Below are positions 1 through 13,619 of a stretch of 64,000 bases of DNA, piece by piece (the stretch's first letter is position 1; every line of letters begins with the position of its first letter). This DNA is from Vicugna vicugna. Lineage: Eukaryota. The DNA is taken from positions 2,703,010 through 2,767,009 of the forward strand of contig MU058384.1 of assembly GCA_013265495.1 (NCBI GenBank), written 5' to 3'. The position numbers were made by a program, and so were the translations under genes. The notes under the pieces are model-generated. The model saw nothing but the letters and a program-made list of their open reading frames with translations, made no database searches and had not been told where the DNA came from.

Positions 1-1598
1 CTCTGCAATGGGGTCTCTCCAGATCTGTCTCCCCTACATCTACTGCTTGGTCAGTGATCACACACTGGGGAAACAGAGGGACCTCACCGGTGTCCATCCT
101 TCGGTGCCATCTTCATTTATAGAAGCTGACAGTCAAAATGACTAGCTCAGGGCCCCAGTAGTCCTATGTGGGAGAACCAGGATCCAGGACCTAGCATATT
201 ACAATTATCTGTTTATTTGCCGCTCAGCAAGTGGTGGGCTCTTGGAGAGTTTGTCACTTTTTCCCACTGTGCTCCTAGCACAGAGCATGTTGCTTGCTTG
301 GCCCAGACTCCAAACCAGGACACCTGTCCTCACCAGCCACTCCTCCACCAGAGCCCAGATTCCCCTCACACCATCTTCCTACTTCCAATCGCAGCACCGG
401 GTGCTGACAATAGAGATGTGGCCATCCAAGACCCAGAGCTGCAAGGCAATCAGCACGAACAAATATTTATAAAGGCGTCCACTGTGCTGAATGCCTGGGC
501 GCACACACCTTAAACTAACAATTGCTTTCTTTCTTAATCAAATATCCTATTGACTTTGAATTACGCCTATAGTTTAACTATCTCTGAAACACATGAATTC
601 GCCCCTCCTGCCTTTCAGCGAATATGTTACTGGCCTCATCTTCCACACCCAGCTTTATTTCAGAGATGAAGTTAAAATCTTGGGGGATCGGTACAACTCC
701 CCCAAAGCAAAAATCCTGGCTTCTCTACCAACAGTCTCTGAAATAAACACACAAAACCCCTTTTGTTTTTGAAGGATTTTCCTCCCAGCTGGTAAATACA
801 GAAAAACAAAATGGGGCTTACAAAACAGAGCAAGCAACGGGGAACTTACAATTTCAGGGAAAGAAGAAATCTTTGAAATGCAACAGTTCTCTGAATGCCA
901 TTAAATTAATAAGGCAAGGTCTGCTCCCACTCAGAATTCGACCTATTCTAGATAGGCCTAAAATTGAGCCCTCCCCTAAGTCCTCTCTTGGTAATTCTGC
1001 ATGTTGGCTCATCTTAACCGTCCCTAAAGAAAGCACCTTAGTTGCTACTTAGACCCTTCCCTCAGGTGAGAAGAAACTCAGAGAGGTAAGGGTTAGTTAC
1101 TTAATTACATATTTACCCAGGCTTCCCTAGTGGTAGTCACATCAATTCTAGACTGGTGTCTCTTTCATCTTAAAGTCTCTTTCTGCCTTACAGAGAGGAA
1201 AAGTCAATTTAGATCATTTCCTGGCAAAGTCACATATACACATTAATCTCGAAAGCTCTAACAATTTATGGCACACCCCTCCATCTGCATGTAGGATACT
1301 CCCCTCTTTTAAAACTCTGGCTCCTTGGAAATTGAATTTAGAGTTGTTCCAATACAAGGTGATCTTATTGATACTCCTACATTAGAAGTTGTACTCATGA
1401 GTGAGCAGTGACTAAATATAGCCAATCTCCCAAGAGTTCTTTTCAATAAATGGTGCTTCATCAAATAATTTGCTGCATGAAATTTAGTTTTATATAGGTC
1501 AGCTTTTAACATAAATTACAAATAAGAAAAAATGAACTTCTGTGTTACATCAATAATGGGAGAGGTAACACTCCTTAATGGGTTAAGAAGGTGAACTT

Positions 1599-2253
1599 TT
1601 TAATTAATTTTTATTTTTTATTGAAGTATAATTGACTTACAATGCTATGTTAGTTTCTGGTGTACAGCTATACATATATTTAAAAAAAAATTTGGTTCAT
1701 TTATTTTTAAATGGAGGTACTAGGGATTGAACCCAGGACAGTGTGCAAGCACTCTACCACTGAGCTATAGCCTCCTCTGCATATATATATATTTTTTCAT
1801 TGTAGGTTATTACAAGATAATGAATGTAGTTTCCTGTGCTATACAGTAGGATCTTGTTTATTTTATATCTAGTAATTTGTATCTCTTAATCCCAAACTCC
1901 TACTTTATCCCTCCCCTTTCCCACTTTGGTAATCATAAGTTTGTTTTCTATGTCGTGAGTCTGTTTTTTAAATAAGTTCATTTGTATCTATTTTTAGATT
2001 CCACATATAAGTGATATGATATTTGTCTTTGACTTATTTCACTTAGTATGATAATCTCTAGGTCCATCCATGTTGCTGCAAATGGCATTACTCATTCTTT
2101 TTTATGGCTGAGTAGTATTCCATTGTATGTACATACACCACATCTTCTTTATCCATTCATCTGTTAATGGGCACTTGGGTTGTTTCCATGTCTTGGCTAT
2201 TGTGAATAGCACTGTTATGAACCTTGGGAGTGCATATATCTTTTCAAATTAGA
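1599..2253 (-). mobile_element. 5'-truncated LINE-1 (3' UTR), interrupted by a SINE
   Basis: Typical L1 3' end (ttgaagtataattgacttacaatg...); 17-bp TSD gttaagaaggtgaactt at 1582-1598 and 2254-2270. Confidence 0.9.
1691..1775 (-). mobile_element. tRNA-derived SINE (camelid type), internally deleted, nested in L1
   Basis: tggaggtactagggattgaacccagg...ctctaccactgagctata; A/B-box-like; same family as the four other copies in the window. Confidence 0.85.
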
Positions 2254-5200
2254 GTTAAGAAGGTGAACTTGGACTCCCAACAGTCCTGACTGTCCCAGGT
2301 TGGCTCAAGGAGACTTTCCAAGCCTCAGGGCTTCCCTCACCTCACAGAAGAGCTGTCAGGATTGAGACCAGCATAACACTGAAGAGGGACCCTGGCACAT
2401 AATACAGGTTTAAAAATGTTAACTTGGGTTCTAGTGACCCAAATTTAGTTGGAAAAATGTGACTCATAGGTAATTAAGTATGCTAAGAAGAATCATATTA
2501 ACAGAGCACTGAACTACAAAATAGGTAAAGGGAGATCTCCTGTGTCAAACTTACTGCACTTAACTTGAAAAATATACATCAGGGCATTGTGTAATTACAT
2601 AATCCTACTGAGTGACAAACAGTTCCACCACACATAACTATGCAGTAAAATACAAACATAAAATATTTAATAAACAAAGATGTCTAAAGAAAATAAATAT
2701 GATTCTAGTCTTTGCACCATCCCCAGTAGAAAGATCCTAGAGGGTGAAAAAAAGGAGACACCAACACCTCACTGGGCCATTACGGCAGTGAACTCACGAG
2801 CGCAGGTCCCTACCCGTCTCTTGGAATCCATTTTTATAATCCATCAATATAAACAATTTTTCAGAGGCAAACTTTGAAATTAAAGCAGGAGATTTGGACC
2901 TAAACTGCCTTAAGACACAGTTTAATTACAAAAAGCATGCATGGAATAACCCTAGCAAAAATCTTACCTTCATTCCACTTAAAAGGAATGAAAAGACCTA
3001 AGAAAGAAAACTCATGATTGGATTGTTACACTGTTTCAAAAGGGAATATGTGTCCTTCTAACACTTCCCTTTAGAGCCAAGTGCCACAAAACAAAAACAT
3101 CAACTACTTGTTATAAAGGAAAGATGAGTGGCTGTGGCTGGCTTTGAATATTAATATATTGTTCACAACCCAAAATATCACTCAGACCCTTTGACCCCTA
3201 CATCCTAGCTTGGATGGGTTATGTACGTCTTTAAATGACTACATCATTTTAAAGTACTTTTAGGTCCAAGGCTATTAACAAGGAGAAGCTTTATAATTGA
3301 GAGTTAATTATAGATCTTCCTTATCAAAGGGGTTAGAATAGGAAAACTATTAAAATTGGTGTTACACGCTGGCAGATACACAGGAGTAGCTGTCTGTAAG
3401 TTAGGAAATAGCATATAGTATTGTCACGTATACTATGTTAAAAGGTGACCGGAATACTCTTTTATTTCCACATTAGTAGGGAAAGGAAAAAGAGAAGCTA
3501 AATCTTCTTTGGGACACCTTGATTTCTAACACAGATTTCTCCATTGGTAAAGGACTGGTTTACAGGCTGCTTATTGGCCACTCCACGTGCCACTTTGTCC
3601 CTGCAGACTGGTTTTTGTGGCTAACCCAGAAATATTATTCTGCTCGCTTGTTTAGGGTGAGCTGGATCTCAGGGAGCTGAACAGTTCAGGTCCACCCCAC
3701 GGCAAGCCTTTGTTCCCTTAAATGATTCCCACTGACCCCTGGCAAGGCTGCCATCTCCTCCCTCCCTAATTCTTTTCATGGCTCTATGACATAAAGAATT
3801 CTCTAAGACTGAAAATGAGCCAAGCTTAGACTCAACAGAGTGTCTTAAGCCTCCTATTTTATTTTTTTTTCTGGTGCAGAACCAGCAAAAAGATCAAGAG
3901 AGCCAAAACTTACTCCATTTTTTTGTGTGCCTCTGCAAAGAGAAGTCAGCTGTAGTAGAGGGAAAAAGGCAGAAACCAGCAAGAGATGCGCCTTCAAGAA
4001 TTTAAATCCAGGACAAGCGCAGATGTTTGCAATTCACCTGGAATAATGTGGAAGCCTCACCCGCAGCACCTGTCCTGCATTTATGCTAATGGCCTCCATT
4101 TGGTTAACACAAGCTGAAGACAGGACCTTGGAATTCTCCCCTGGCATCCTTTCCTTCCTCCTCCTCCTGACAGTGGGAGGTAGCAAGGGGAGCCTAATGG
4201 TTCTTCTCCATGACACAAGAAAGGTGGAAACAATGATGATGAGATGGAAACTGCCTGCCAAAAACCACCCATCCATTTTAAATCACACACAGTCCTTCCT
4301 AGTTGATGTAGTAATACTTTTTTCTTCAATTAAAAAACAAACAATAAATTTGCATATCCTATGGAAGTTGCTCCAGGGCTCAAAGCACAGAACTAAAGCA
4401 ACTAAAATAGATGAAAGCACTAAAATAAAAACATACAAAGAATAGGAAGTTACTGTGGATGGTTCTCTCCAAGCATAAATGCTAACGAACGTGCTCCCAC
4501 CCTTCATGAAAGATCAGTAGGTCCCCAAATAGAAACAAGGAGGAATTATCAGCATCTGGGCTGAAAGAAGTGTCTGGACCAGGCAGTCAAAATGATGCTG
4601 CGCAGAGGCTCAGCCAGAGTGCGGACAGGAGGGGGTGGGGGACACATCTCAGGACAAGTGGGAAGTAGGACTGTTAGAGTCTTTCTGGGAACGACAACTG
4701 GCAGGAGAAAAGTACTTAGGCTGAGACTGGCTCTGAAGAATCACGGAAAAGATAAGCAAAATGGCAGCTGCGCCGTGGCCGGAGTGAGGCCTGGGACCGT
4801 TCCCAAAGGGCACTGAGAAATGCCAATAAGAGGTTTGCTGGCAATGGCTGCCTTTGTACAAGAGGGCTCGAGAATTCCCTTGACAGTTTTATCTTATCTG
4901 GACCAGTCCTGCTGTAAATCACTTGGGTTTAGATAAAGGGAAAATCCTGGATTGGAGCGGGATGGGAATGCAGGTTCTTTGGTTCTTTAGAACAGAAATG
5001 CTCCAAGTCAAATTCACGTTGGGGGCGGAGTAGGGCCGCCAGGATGTCTCACCCAAGTGGGCCAAGGACTCTCCACAGGAACCTAATGAGAGCCAAAGCC
5101 CTTGTTTATTCAGTGTCCCTTGGCACAGAAAATCAGGCAGGGTCTTGATAACTACCACCAACCCTTGACCTCAATCTAGGAATACACATTAGACTAGTCA

Positions 5201-6134
5201 GGGCGTTGGCTGAGCAGAGCATGAGGGATTAAGACTATATACCAGCTGAGGTCAGTGGATGGGGTGTTGGGTTTCTGGTCTACTCTTTGGGACCCACCGG
5301 TTTAGTCAACGAGATATTAGAGATTCTTTTGCCAAAGCTGAGATTCTATTCCGGCACAGATTCTTCCAAATACTGTGTTTTCCAAGAATCCAGGGGATGA
5401 GGACGTACGTTCCCTGAGATGCACATTGCAGGGTTTGGAGAGGCAGTTTCATCCTACATACATTTAGAGGGCACTGAACTAGGGGGTGAAAGATGAGTAA
5501 TTTATATACATGGATTCTGTGAGGATAAGGTCTCAGAACAGAACCCCTAAGCAACTGGCAATCTGATCAAAAACGCCATGACAGAATCATGCAAAGGGTA
5601 CAATGAAGGCACAAAACAGACAAGGTTCACTTTTACCAACTGTAGCCCAGTCTTCAAGGATGAGTAGGAAGAGGAGATGAGAACGACTCCATGTTATGAG
5701 ACACACAGTGGACAATTCTGATGAAGAGAGCAGCTCAGAAAACATCCCCCTAGTATTTTAGTGTCCTGTATAAAGGGGAGTATTCGGTTGCTAACCAAAG
5801 AACCCCAGACCTGCTGTCTTGGTCTTAGCTTTGGCATGCAGTAGCTCTTTTCAGTGTATAAGATGGCCGCCCGAGAGAGGCGGGGCAGAGCCTAGGAAAT
5901 GCCTTCAGGAAAACCCTAGTGCAGATGGGAGGGGGTATCTTGAGAGCAGGAGTCTTACTAAACATGGCCTTGGTCGTGGGAAAGAGCTTGTTTCTCTGAC
6001 AGCATATGCACTGAGACTCCACTCTAAGCAGGACAGAATGACAGTCTGTAGAATCTGGAGGAGGCAGAATAAAGCTGGACTTGAATGTGGATGGCCTCAG
6101 TAGCCATGAGAACTTTCTGCCAGGACAGGGGGTA

Positions 6135-6371
6135 CAGGGCCAGATCTAGGGTGAGGGAGTGAGGCATGGATGGGAGTTGGGCACAAAAGTTAAGGGAGCC
6201 CTAAAAAACTCAGTCAATGAGATAAATCATATTTTAAGGCCACATTTTAAAAACTCAAAATAAATGCAAAAATTCCATAATGAGCAAAATATCAAAATTT
6301 TAAATGAAGACAGGCTCTGGCATGGACTTGTACAACTCAGCCTCACTCACCTCACCCTGGTCCCGGTCCTG
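6135..6371. mobile_element. hAT-type MITE, MER96B-like
   Basis: Imperfect terminal inverted repeats cagggccagatctagggtgagggagtgaggc / gcctcactcacctcaccctggtcccggtcctg around an AT-rich core. Confidence 0.75.
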
Positions 6372-6546
6372 GGAAAGTGACTCTCTTGGAAATCTGGCAG
6401 GAAGGTGGAGTAGCACGTAAGAGAGCAGGCAGCTCAGCCATGGCGTCCAAAGTGTTAGAGGCCGAAGGTCTCTGGGCCTTGGCAGAGGCTGAAAAGATCT
6501 ACACAGAGCCAAGTGAGGGCGTCCAGGCCCACAGCCACCAGAATTT

Positions 6547-7597
6547 ATTTATTTATTGCAGTATACTTGATTTACAATATTGTGTTGGTTTCAGGTGTAG
6601 AGTATAGTGATTCAATTATATGTATTTTTCAGATTAATTTCCATTATAGGTTATTACAAAATATTGAATATAGTTCCCTGTGCTATATTTACAGTAAATC
6701 CTTGATGCTTATCATTTTATGTACAGTGGTTTGTATCTAATAATGCCATACTCCTAGTTTATCCTTCCCCCCACCCCAAACTTCCCCTTTGGTAACCATA
6801 AGTTTGTTTTCTATATTTGTGAGTCTGTTTCTGTTTTATAAGTCAATTTATTTGTATTATTTTTTAAATTCCACAAATAAGTGATATCATATGATATTTG
6901 TCTTTTGCTGTCTGACTTACTTCACTTAATATGATAATCTCTACGTCCATCCATGTTGCTGCAAATGGCAAAATTTCATTTTATTTTATGGATGAGTAAT
7001 ATTCCACTGTATAATATACCACATCTTCTTTATTTATTCTGTTTATAATAGGTACTTGGGTTGTTTCCATGTTTTGGCTATCGTAAATAGTGCTGCTATG
7101 AACATTGGGGTGCAGGTGTCATCCTGAAGTAGATTTCCTTCTGGGTACAAGCCCAGGAGTGGGATTCCTGGGTCATATGGTAAGTCTATTCCTAGTCTTT
7201 TGAGGAATCTCCACACTGTATACTTGGGTTGTTTCCATGTTTTGGCTATCGTAAATAGTGCTGCTATGAACACTGGGGTGCACGTATCTTTTCAAATTAG
7301 TTTTTATCTTTTCTGGATCTATGCCCAGGAGTGGGATTGCTGGATCATATGGCAGTTCTATTTTTAGTTTTTAAAGGGATCTCCATATTGTTTCCCATAG
7401 TGGCTGCATCAATTTGCATTCCCACTAACAGTGTAGGAAGGTTCCCTTTTCTCCATATCTTCTATAGCATTTATTGTTTGTAGACTTTTTGATGATGGAC
7501 ATTCTGACTGGTGTGAGGTGATAATTCATTGTGGTTTTGATTTGCATTTCTCTAGTAATTATTCACATTGAGCATCTTTTCTTGTGCCTGTTGACTA
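6547..7597 (-). mobile_element. 5'-truncated LINE-1 (ORF2 C-terminus plus 3' UTR)
   Basis: Encodes ORF2 C-terminal motifs (LPYDPGIPLLG, MFIAALFTIAKTWKQPK); imperfect TSD ccaccagaattt / ccaccataattt. Confidence 0.9.
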
Positions 7598-10500
7598 CCA
7601 CCATAATTTGGAGTTTCAAATCCACTGGAGAAGACAGCAGGCAGGGCATTCTGGCCCAGAAGCCAGCAGAGAAACCAACCACTTTCAAGCATGACTCAGA
7701 AGCAGAACACTGCAAGAGTCCATCAGCAAGGGAAGGACATTCCCTGGGAATGTGCCAGCAGGTCAAGAATTATCTACAAGAGCCATGACTGCAAACAACA
7801 ATGGTACTGAGAGGTCCAGAGAAGAGGCATAAGCCCTTTTCCTTTTAACATATAGGGTTGGATAAAATATAAGCTCTTCAACATTTTAGAGAGAAAAATA
7901 ATCAGACAGATCTAGGTATCATCATAACTAAGCCATCACAAAGACAGTGGGGCATGGAGGGGAAGACCAATGTGTCAACTTACAAGAAGCTAAATGTGAC
8001 AGAAGTTATGGTACCTCCAGGTGGGCTTCAGGCTGGTGGTGATAGCCTCACAAAATACAGACATCAGCCCTGAGTATTCATAACAAAAACCACAGCAGCC
8101 CTGAAAATTCCACAAATGATCAGGTTAGTTTGGTTATGTTATTTGATTTCCAAACCACAGGAAAAAAGCAAGAGGTATAGCAGTGAGAAGGTAAAGTAGA
8201 AAGATGTCAGGGAGGAGAAAACATTTAATGTTATTAACTGCTAATCGTTCTTGGTCAATAGCTTCCAGGTCTTTTATTACTTGGTGGAAAAACCAGCGGC
8301 CAACAATGATGGAGTCAGGAACTATTTGTAGTAACTGGATTTGGTCAGAGATTTTCTACCACGTCTGTCACTGTCAGGGAACATCCTAAGCTGCCTTTTG
8401 CTTGTCAAACAAGGAGGCCATGGAGGTAGAGACCCCAGGAGAAAGAGCCTGAGCTCCGGAAAGCCTCTTTCTTGAGCATGGGCACACCGCGATGGCCCAC
8501 GAATTCACAGGTTTTATTCAACCCTGTGAAGACATGTAAGACCTAAAGTTTAAGACGAGAGGAAAGCGGAGTAAGATAGTGAGGGTACAGGCTTCTCAGG
8601 GAGGAAGACAAGGACTCTTAAACCTCACCAAGGTCAAAAGTAAGACTACAGGTGGGAAGGTGAAAGGTTTTCACACAACTATCTACTGACAAACTCAGGA
8701 AGTATTTCACCCATACGGCGGGTTCCCTGGACGTCCCTCCCCCGACACTGGATCTCACCGGGCACGCTGCGTGAATCCCCATCTTGGTTGCTAAGGCTGC
8801 TCACTGTGTCTACAGTGAGAGTGGACATTTGGCCAGAGAAAGAGCCTGGGACAGAAATAAGCAATGTCCCTGATCATTCCTCAGTTCCATCTAAAATGTC
8901 TTATTGTGGGTTTCTCCCCTATGCATGACCACATCCAGTCACCAGAGTCATTGAAATCATTCACATGACATCTGGACTTTCATATGCACAGAAGCAATCA
9001 ATGACAAAAGAAAAAAAAAAAGACAATACAACTATAGGTCTTTCAAGGTTTCAATTTTCCTCTGATTTGAGTGACCATTACTAATGTCCACAACTGATCA
9101 AAACAGTATTAGTAATTATTTTTCAGAATGTTAACATACTTAACTTGAAAAGCGGTCAATCAATGGCAAAAGGAAAACTAAGAAAAAGGGCACAGAAGTA
9201 TTTGAGATTTGATTTATTCTTGATAGCTCTTCCCAAAACATACAACAACCAGAAAAATCTGCAAATAATCACTCCTAGGTGATTATGTAAGAGAAATGGA
9301 AACTGAATCTGAATACAAAATCAGAAGAAAGCAAGAAATCTTTTATGAGTCAGGTTTCTTTTTCTTATACTAAATATAGTTGAAGGAAAAAAATCATTAA
9401 AATAAGTGAAGAAAAATAATTAACATATCCAAATTCTTTCCTATAAGCAGACAAATATTTACAGTGCTGAGATTTTTAATTTTTTTTTAGATTTATTGCA
9501 CTCAGGCAATAGAAACATGCCATGTTAAACATAACGATTGGACAGAGTAAGTTCACTGTGGGTTTAAAAGTGCCTGGAAGATGAATCAAAGGGATGAAGG
9601 GAAAACTGATTCACAACCAAGGGGGAAAAGTCCACTACAGTATACATTCTCATCATATCACTTCCCTGATGTCAAAGTGAAATAGTCGATCAGACTACTT
9701 TAAAAGGCTCCCAACAATTGCAAATCACAGTTAAACTGAAACCTTCTGATATGTGTAAAATTCTACATTAAATTTACACTTGCAACCTCATAACAGTATT
9801 TTCCAGCTATGTTTGTCTTCATTCTCCTCCCTCGGAATATAAAACCTCTGAGCGCATGGCTCACTTCTGCTGTGTCTCATTCATACAGTTCAGTTCTCTG
9901 TACAAGAATGCTTGACAGACCTCGCTGCGTACCTGGAATACTATCACACACATTCCTCTATATACAGGATGACATCACCAGCTCTTTATCATTCAGATAC
10001 TCCGAATTATATTGGTAGTAATGGTGTAGAAATGTAAGGACATAAATAACACACACACACACACACACACATACATTCATCCACAGGTCCTCCCTTCCCT
10101 GCCACCCTTCCCATCACTTTTGTACTACCTCCTCTGGTTGTACAAGATGGCCAGCTGGCTCTGGAGTAAATCTCAAGACCATGGACAAAAGTAAACTCAA
10201 TGGCTAACCAGGACACCAAACATGGTCCTTCGGGCCATTAACATTGTATTTTCTCCAGCTCACTTGGCCACACACCCACTAAGAGTCAGAAAATGCCAGC
10301 TGTCTTTTGATGAACAGTCCCGACCAGGGACCTCTTCTGGTATCACCGTCACCTTCTTGCCCCTGACATTGAAGCTAGACTTTTTAACCATAGACCCTAA
10401 AACCACAGAAAGTCTCACTGTAGCTTCAACAACGCTTTGGATTGAGAAACTTTTAGAGCAGTGTCACCAAACATTTTTGCTCATACAGCTACTACGAAAA

Positions 10501-12767
10501 AATTTAAATTTCACTTTCCACAAATTTTAAGTTGACATTAAAATTTCTCAACTATAATTTTAATTAATTAAGAAGGCTGTAATTCTGGCATATTGGAATG
10601 AGTAAAATTTTAATTAAAACATATCATTTATTTAAAGGTATCTCATGAAATCCGAATACCAAACTAATTTGAAAACCACCTTCAAAAAATGCATGAACAA
10701 ACTCTTCTTTAACAGTAAAAAATGCTGCACTGTTGTCTTGTCTCCTTAAACTTGTATTTCCATTTTATTCCCCCGACAGAATTTTCTCTCAATAGAACAT
10801 GTTTTAACACTGATTTTATTAATCTCCCAATTATACTTCTCTGGAACAAAAATGTGTATAAAGTGATTTTTTTTTCAATTCCTGTGGCCATAAGGCTTAA
10901 AAGCGTTCCATTTTCTTCTGGTTTGAGCTATCATTACTAATGCATACAACTCATTCAAACAACATTAATAATTACTTATAAGAATGTTAGTAGAGTTAAT
11001 ACAGAAAGTACAATTTCATTGGAAATGTATTTCTAAAGAAATGGACAGGGCTTGTTTATTTTTCTCAGTTAGTTCATATACCTATGGATGAAAACTCTCT
11101 ATTGCTATAAAAAGATAGAGTTTAACATCAATCCCATACCTTTTTTTCCCTTTTAAAGATGTAAGCAATAACAAACCTTGTTGATGGAATGAAGGAGATT
11201 TATCATCAAAAAATATCTTTTTGTCTATTATCTTATTACTAGATTAGGTCCTCCTTCAAGGTTGCTGCAAGTCAGGAAATAGAACTAACCTGCAAGAAGA
11301 TATGTGCCATGGTCATCATATTAATCTCTTTTACAAATATAGACACTAATATTTTTATAGTCCTTTGTCAGTGGGAAGAGGGTTTCACACCCCAGGGCAA
11401 CACACCATAGTCAGAGTCAGAATGAGATGGGTAACAGCTGGGCTGTCCTTTGTCAAGCGGGGGAAGGGTAACCATAGGAGGTGAAATGAAAGAGGAGACA
11501 TGGCAAAATCAGTTCTGAAGCAAATAACTTTTAAGACAGGGTACCTATAGAAACTGGGGACCATAAAATCATCTCCCTTAAACCATCCGTGCCTTCCTGT
11601 CTCTTGGAGCGTCTTCACATTTCTTTGTGTGCATCAGTACCCAAGACGGGACACCCCTCCTCTGTTGCTGCCAGGCATTTGGAAGCTTTATACCCATAAA
11701 AGTACATTTGGTTTGATTAACATATGAATTCCCTTATATCAGCCTGTAGCCAACACTATAGAAGCAATACATATTTAAAAAGACAAAAACATACTTCTTG
11801 TTCAATCTACCTGAAAAGAGAGAAAATACCTAACAAATGATAGTGTCCTGACAATAGAGAAACTACACTCAACAAGACTGTATGTTTTTAATAATCTCAA
11901 AGAAAAATCTGGAAACAATCCAAATGTTCAATAATAAGAAAACTACTAAATAATTTATGTTGCAGCAGACATATAATGGAAGAATATGCAATATTTTAAT
12001 TTGAAGAACATATATTAGCATTAGACAATGTTCTTCACGTGGTGTCGACCAAAAAAAAAAAAAACAAGTAGGAAACAAATTTGTAAATAAAACTTCATAT
12101 TAATCTGTGAAATATGTATGTGGGGGGGAAGTCTATTAAGAAAATCTATGAAACTGTTTTCAATGGTGATTCTTAGGTGGTGTAATTATAGACAACGTTC
12201 GTATTTGTTCTTTCCAAATTTTCTTTTGGAAATTCATTTCCAAAAGGCATGTATTTCTCTCATGATGGTGGAGCAGGGAGGGGAGCAGGGAGAATTGAGG
12301 AATTGAGGAAACAGATTCACCGTCTCAGCGCTGCTGCAGGTGGCTGCAGTTTGTTGGAGGCATCCAACCAAGGGGCCAGTGAGAGCTTAAATCCATCCCA
12401 CGTGGTGTAGGGCTGCGTCCCCACAGAGGGGACTCTATTTCCTAACCCGCAGTGGAAGATGCTCCACTGCCCACATCTTCACTTAGGTTTTGGTTATTTC
12501 TCTCCTTGACCAACTTTATCCTTTCACTCCTGACTTCCTCCGCTGGTTCCTTTGGACTACTGACTTCACTTACTCCACAGACAGGTAGAAATCAGTGCAG
12601 TCAGGTTCCCATCACGCTAACCTCATGAAATAGCCCAGTTCATGGACGCAAAATAGTCATCAGTCAGCAAGTAAAATGCTATAAACAAATGCGGTTATCT
12701 GGGCCTTCCGGAAAACCCAGTGGGCAATTTTTACTTCCACTATATTACACAACTCCAGGCTCCTTAC

Positions 12768-12819
12768 CTCAGCAAGTGTGGAGGGATCTTGACAACGGTA
12801 TCCACACAATCCAGGGTTT
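12768..12819 (-). CDS. ARFGEF3: ARFGEF3 coding exon 2
   Basis: 52-nt exon with acceptor ttttccttttgcag and donor AG|GTAAGG. Phase fits exon 1 (G+AA = Glu); reads (E)TLDCVDTVVKIPPHLL(R), close to human ETLGGLDTIVKIPPHVLR as recalled. Confidence 0.95.
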
Positions 12820-12872
12820 CTGCAAAAGGAAAATTACCAAGTTAAAAATAAATATGTAAAGACTGAGAATCC

Positions 12873-12973
12873 GGGGGGAGGGTACAGCTCAGCGGTAGAG
12901 TGTGCTTAGCACGCACAAGGTCCTGGGTACCAATCTCCAGCACCTCCATTTAACAACAACAACAACAACAAAC
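12873..12973 (+). mobile_element. tRNA-derived SINE (camelid type)
   Basis: ggggagggtacagctcagcggtagag...gtcctggg...cctcca plus (AAC)n tail; TSD gactgagaat at 12861-12870 and 12974-12983. Confidence 0.92.
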
Positions 12974-13619
12974 GACTGAGAATTTAAGTTGTATGTAAAT
13001 TTCACTGTTAGTTGCTTTATTTTCCCCCTGGAAACGCCTATAATTACAGATTAGTCAATTCTCAATTATCTGTATGCAAGTCACTTGTACTTAAAAATCC
13101 TTCTTTGCTAGCCCCCAAGACTTCCTCTCAGAAGTTAAAAATTAGGACCCATTTCCCACAGAGACAGAAGAGTTAAATTCCTAACCCAAAACAGAATGCT
13201 CATTTAATCTAGTTACAACTGGCTAAAATGCTATATTCTTGAAGTAACAATAGAGAAAGAAAAGCTATTTCCTTGAAAAACACTGTTTCAATACCCTTAA
13301 ATAATAACATACTTGTGAGAGATTTTCAACTTCACAAAGCACTTGATGCAACATTTCATTCTCACACACATTTATGACAGGACAGATGAGACTTTTTAAA
13401 ATCATGCTATCGTTAGGGATACTGACTGGCAGTCTCACCCCCAAATCTCATTAATTCAACCTGGATGCTCAATATTCTACCATTGTTGTGGATTATTCAC
13501 ACTAAGGCTGCCTCCGTTCGTAGAAACACTCTGTTCTCTTCAAAAATAAAAAACTGTTCTAGTTCAATAGCTCTAACAATTCTGTACCCAGTTCCAACGT
13601 GCATTTGTCGTGGTGGGTG

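Noticed and set aside
1..12767. ARFGEF3 exon 3 or a nested gene in intron 2 (e.g. ORFs 166-513 and 4083-4445)
   Set aside because: I found no sequence encoding the expected continuation (EKCLLPLQLALESK...), and the ORFs show no recognisable homology or exon structure.
12873..12950. tRNA-like sequences with A/B boxes (also at 1710, 21373, 32580 and 51340)
   Set aside because: They have A-rich tails and TSDs and are degraded copies of one family: SINEs, not tRNA genes.
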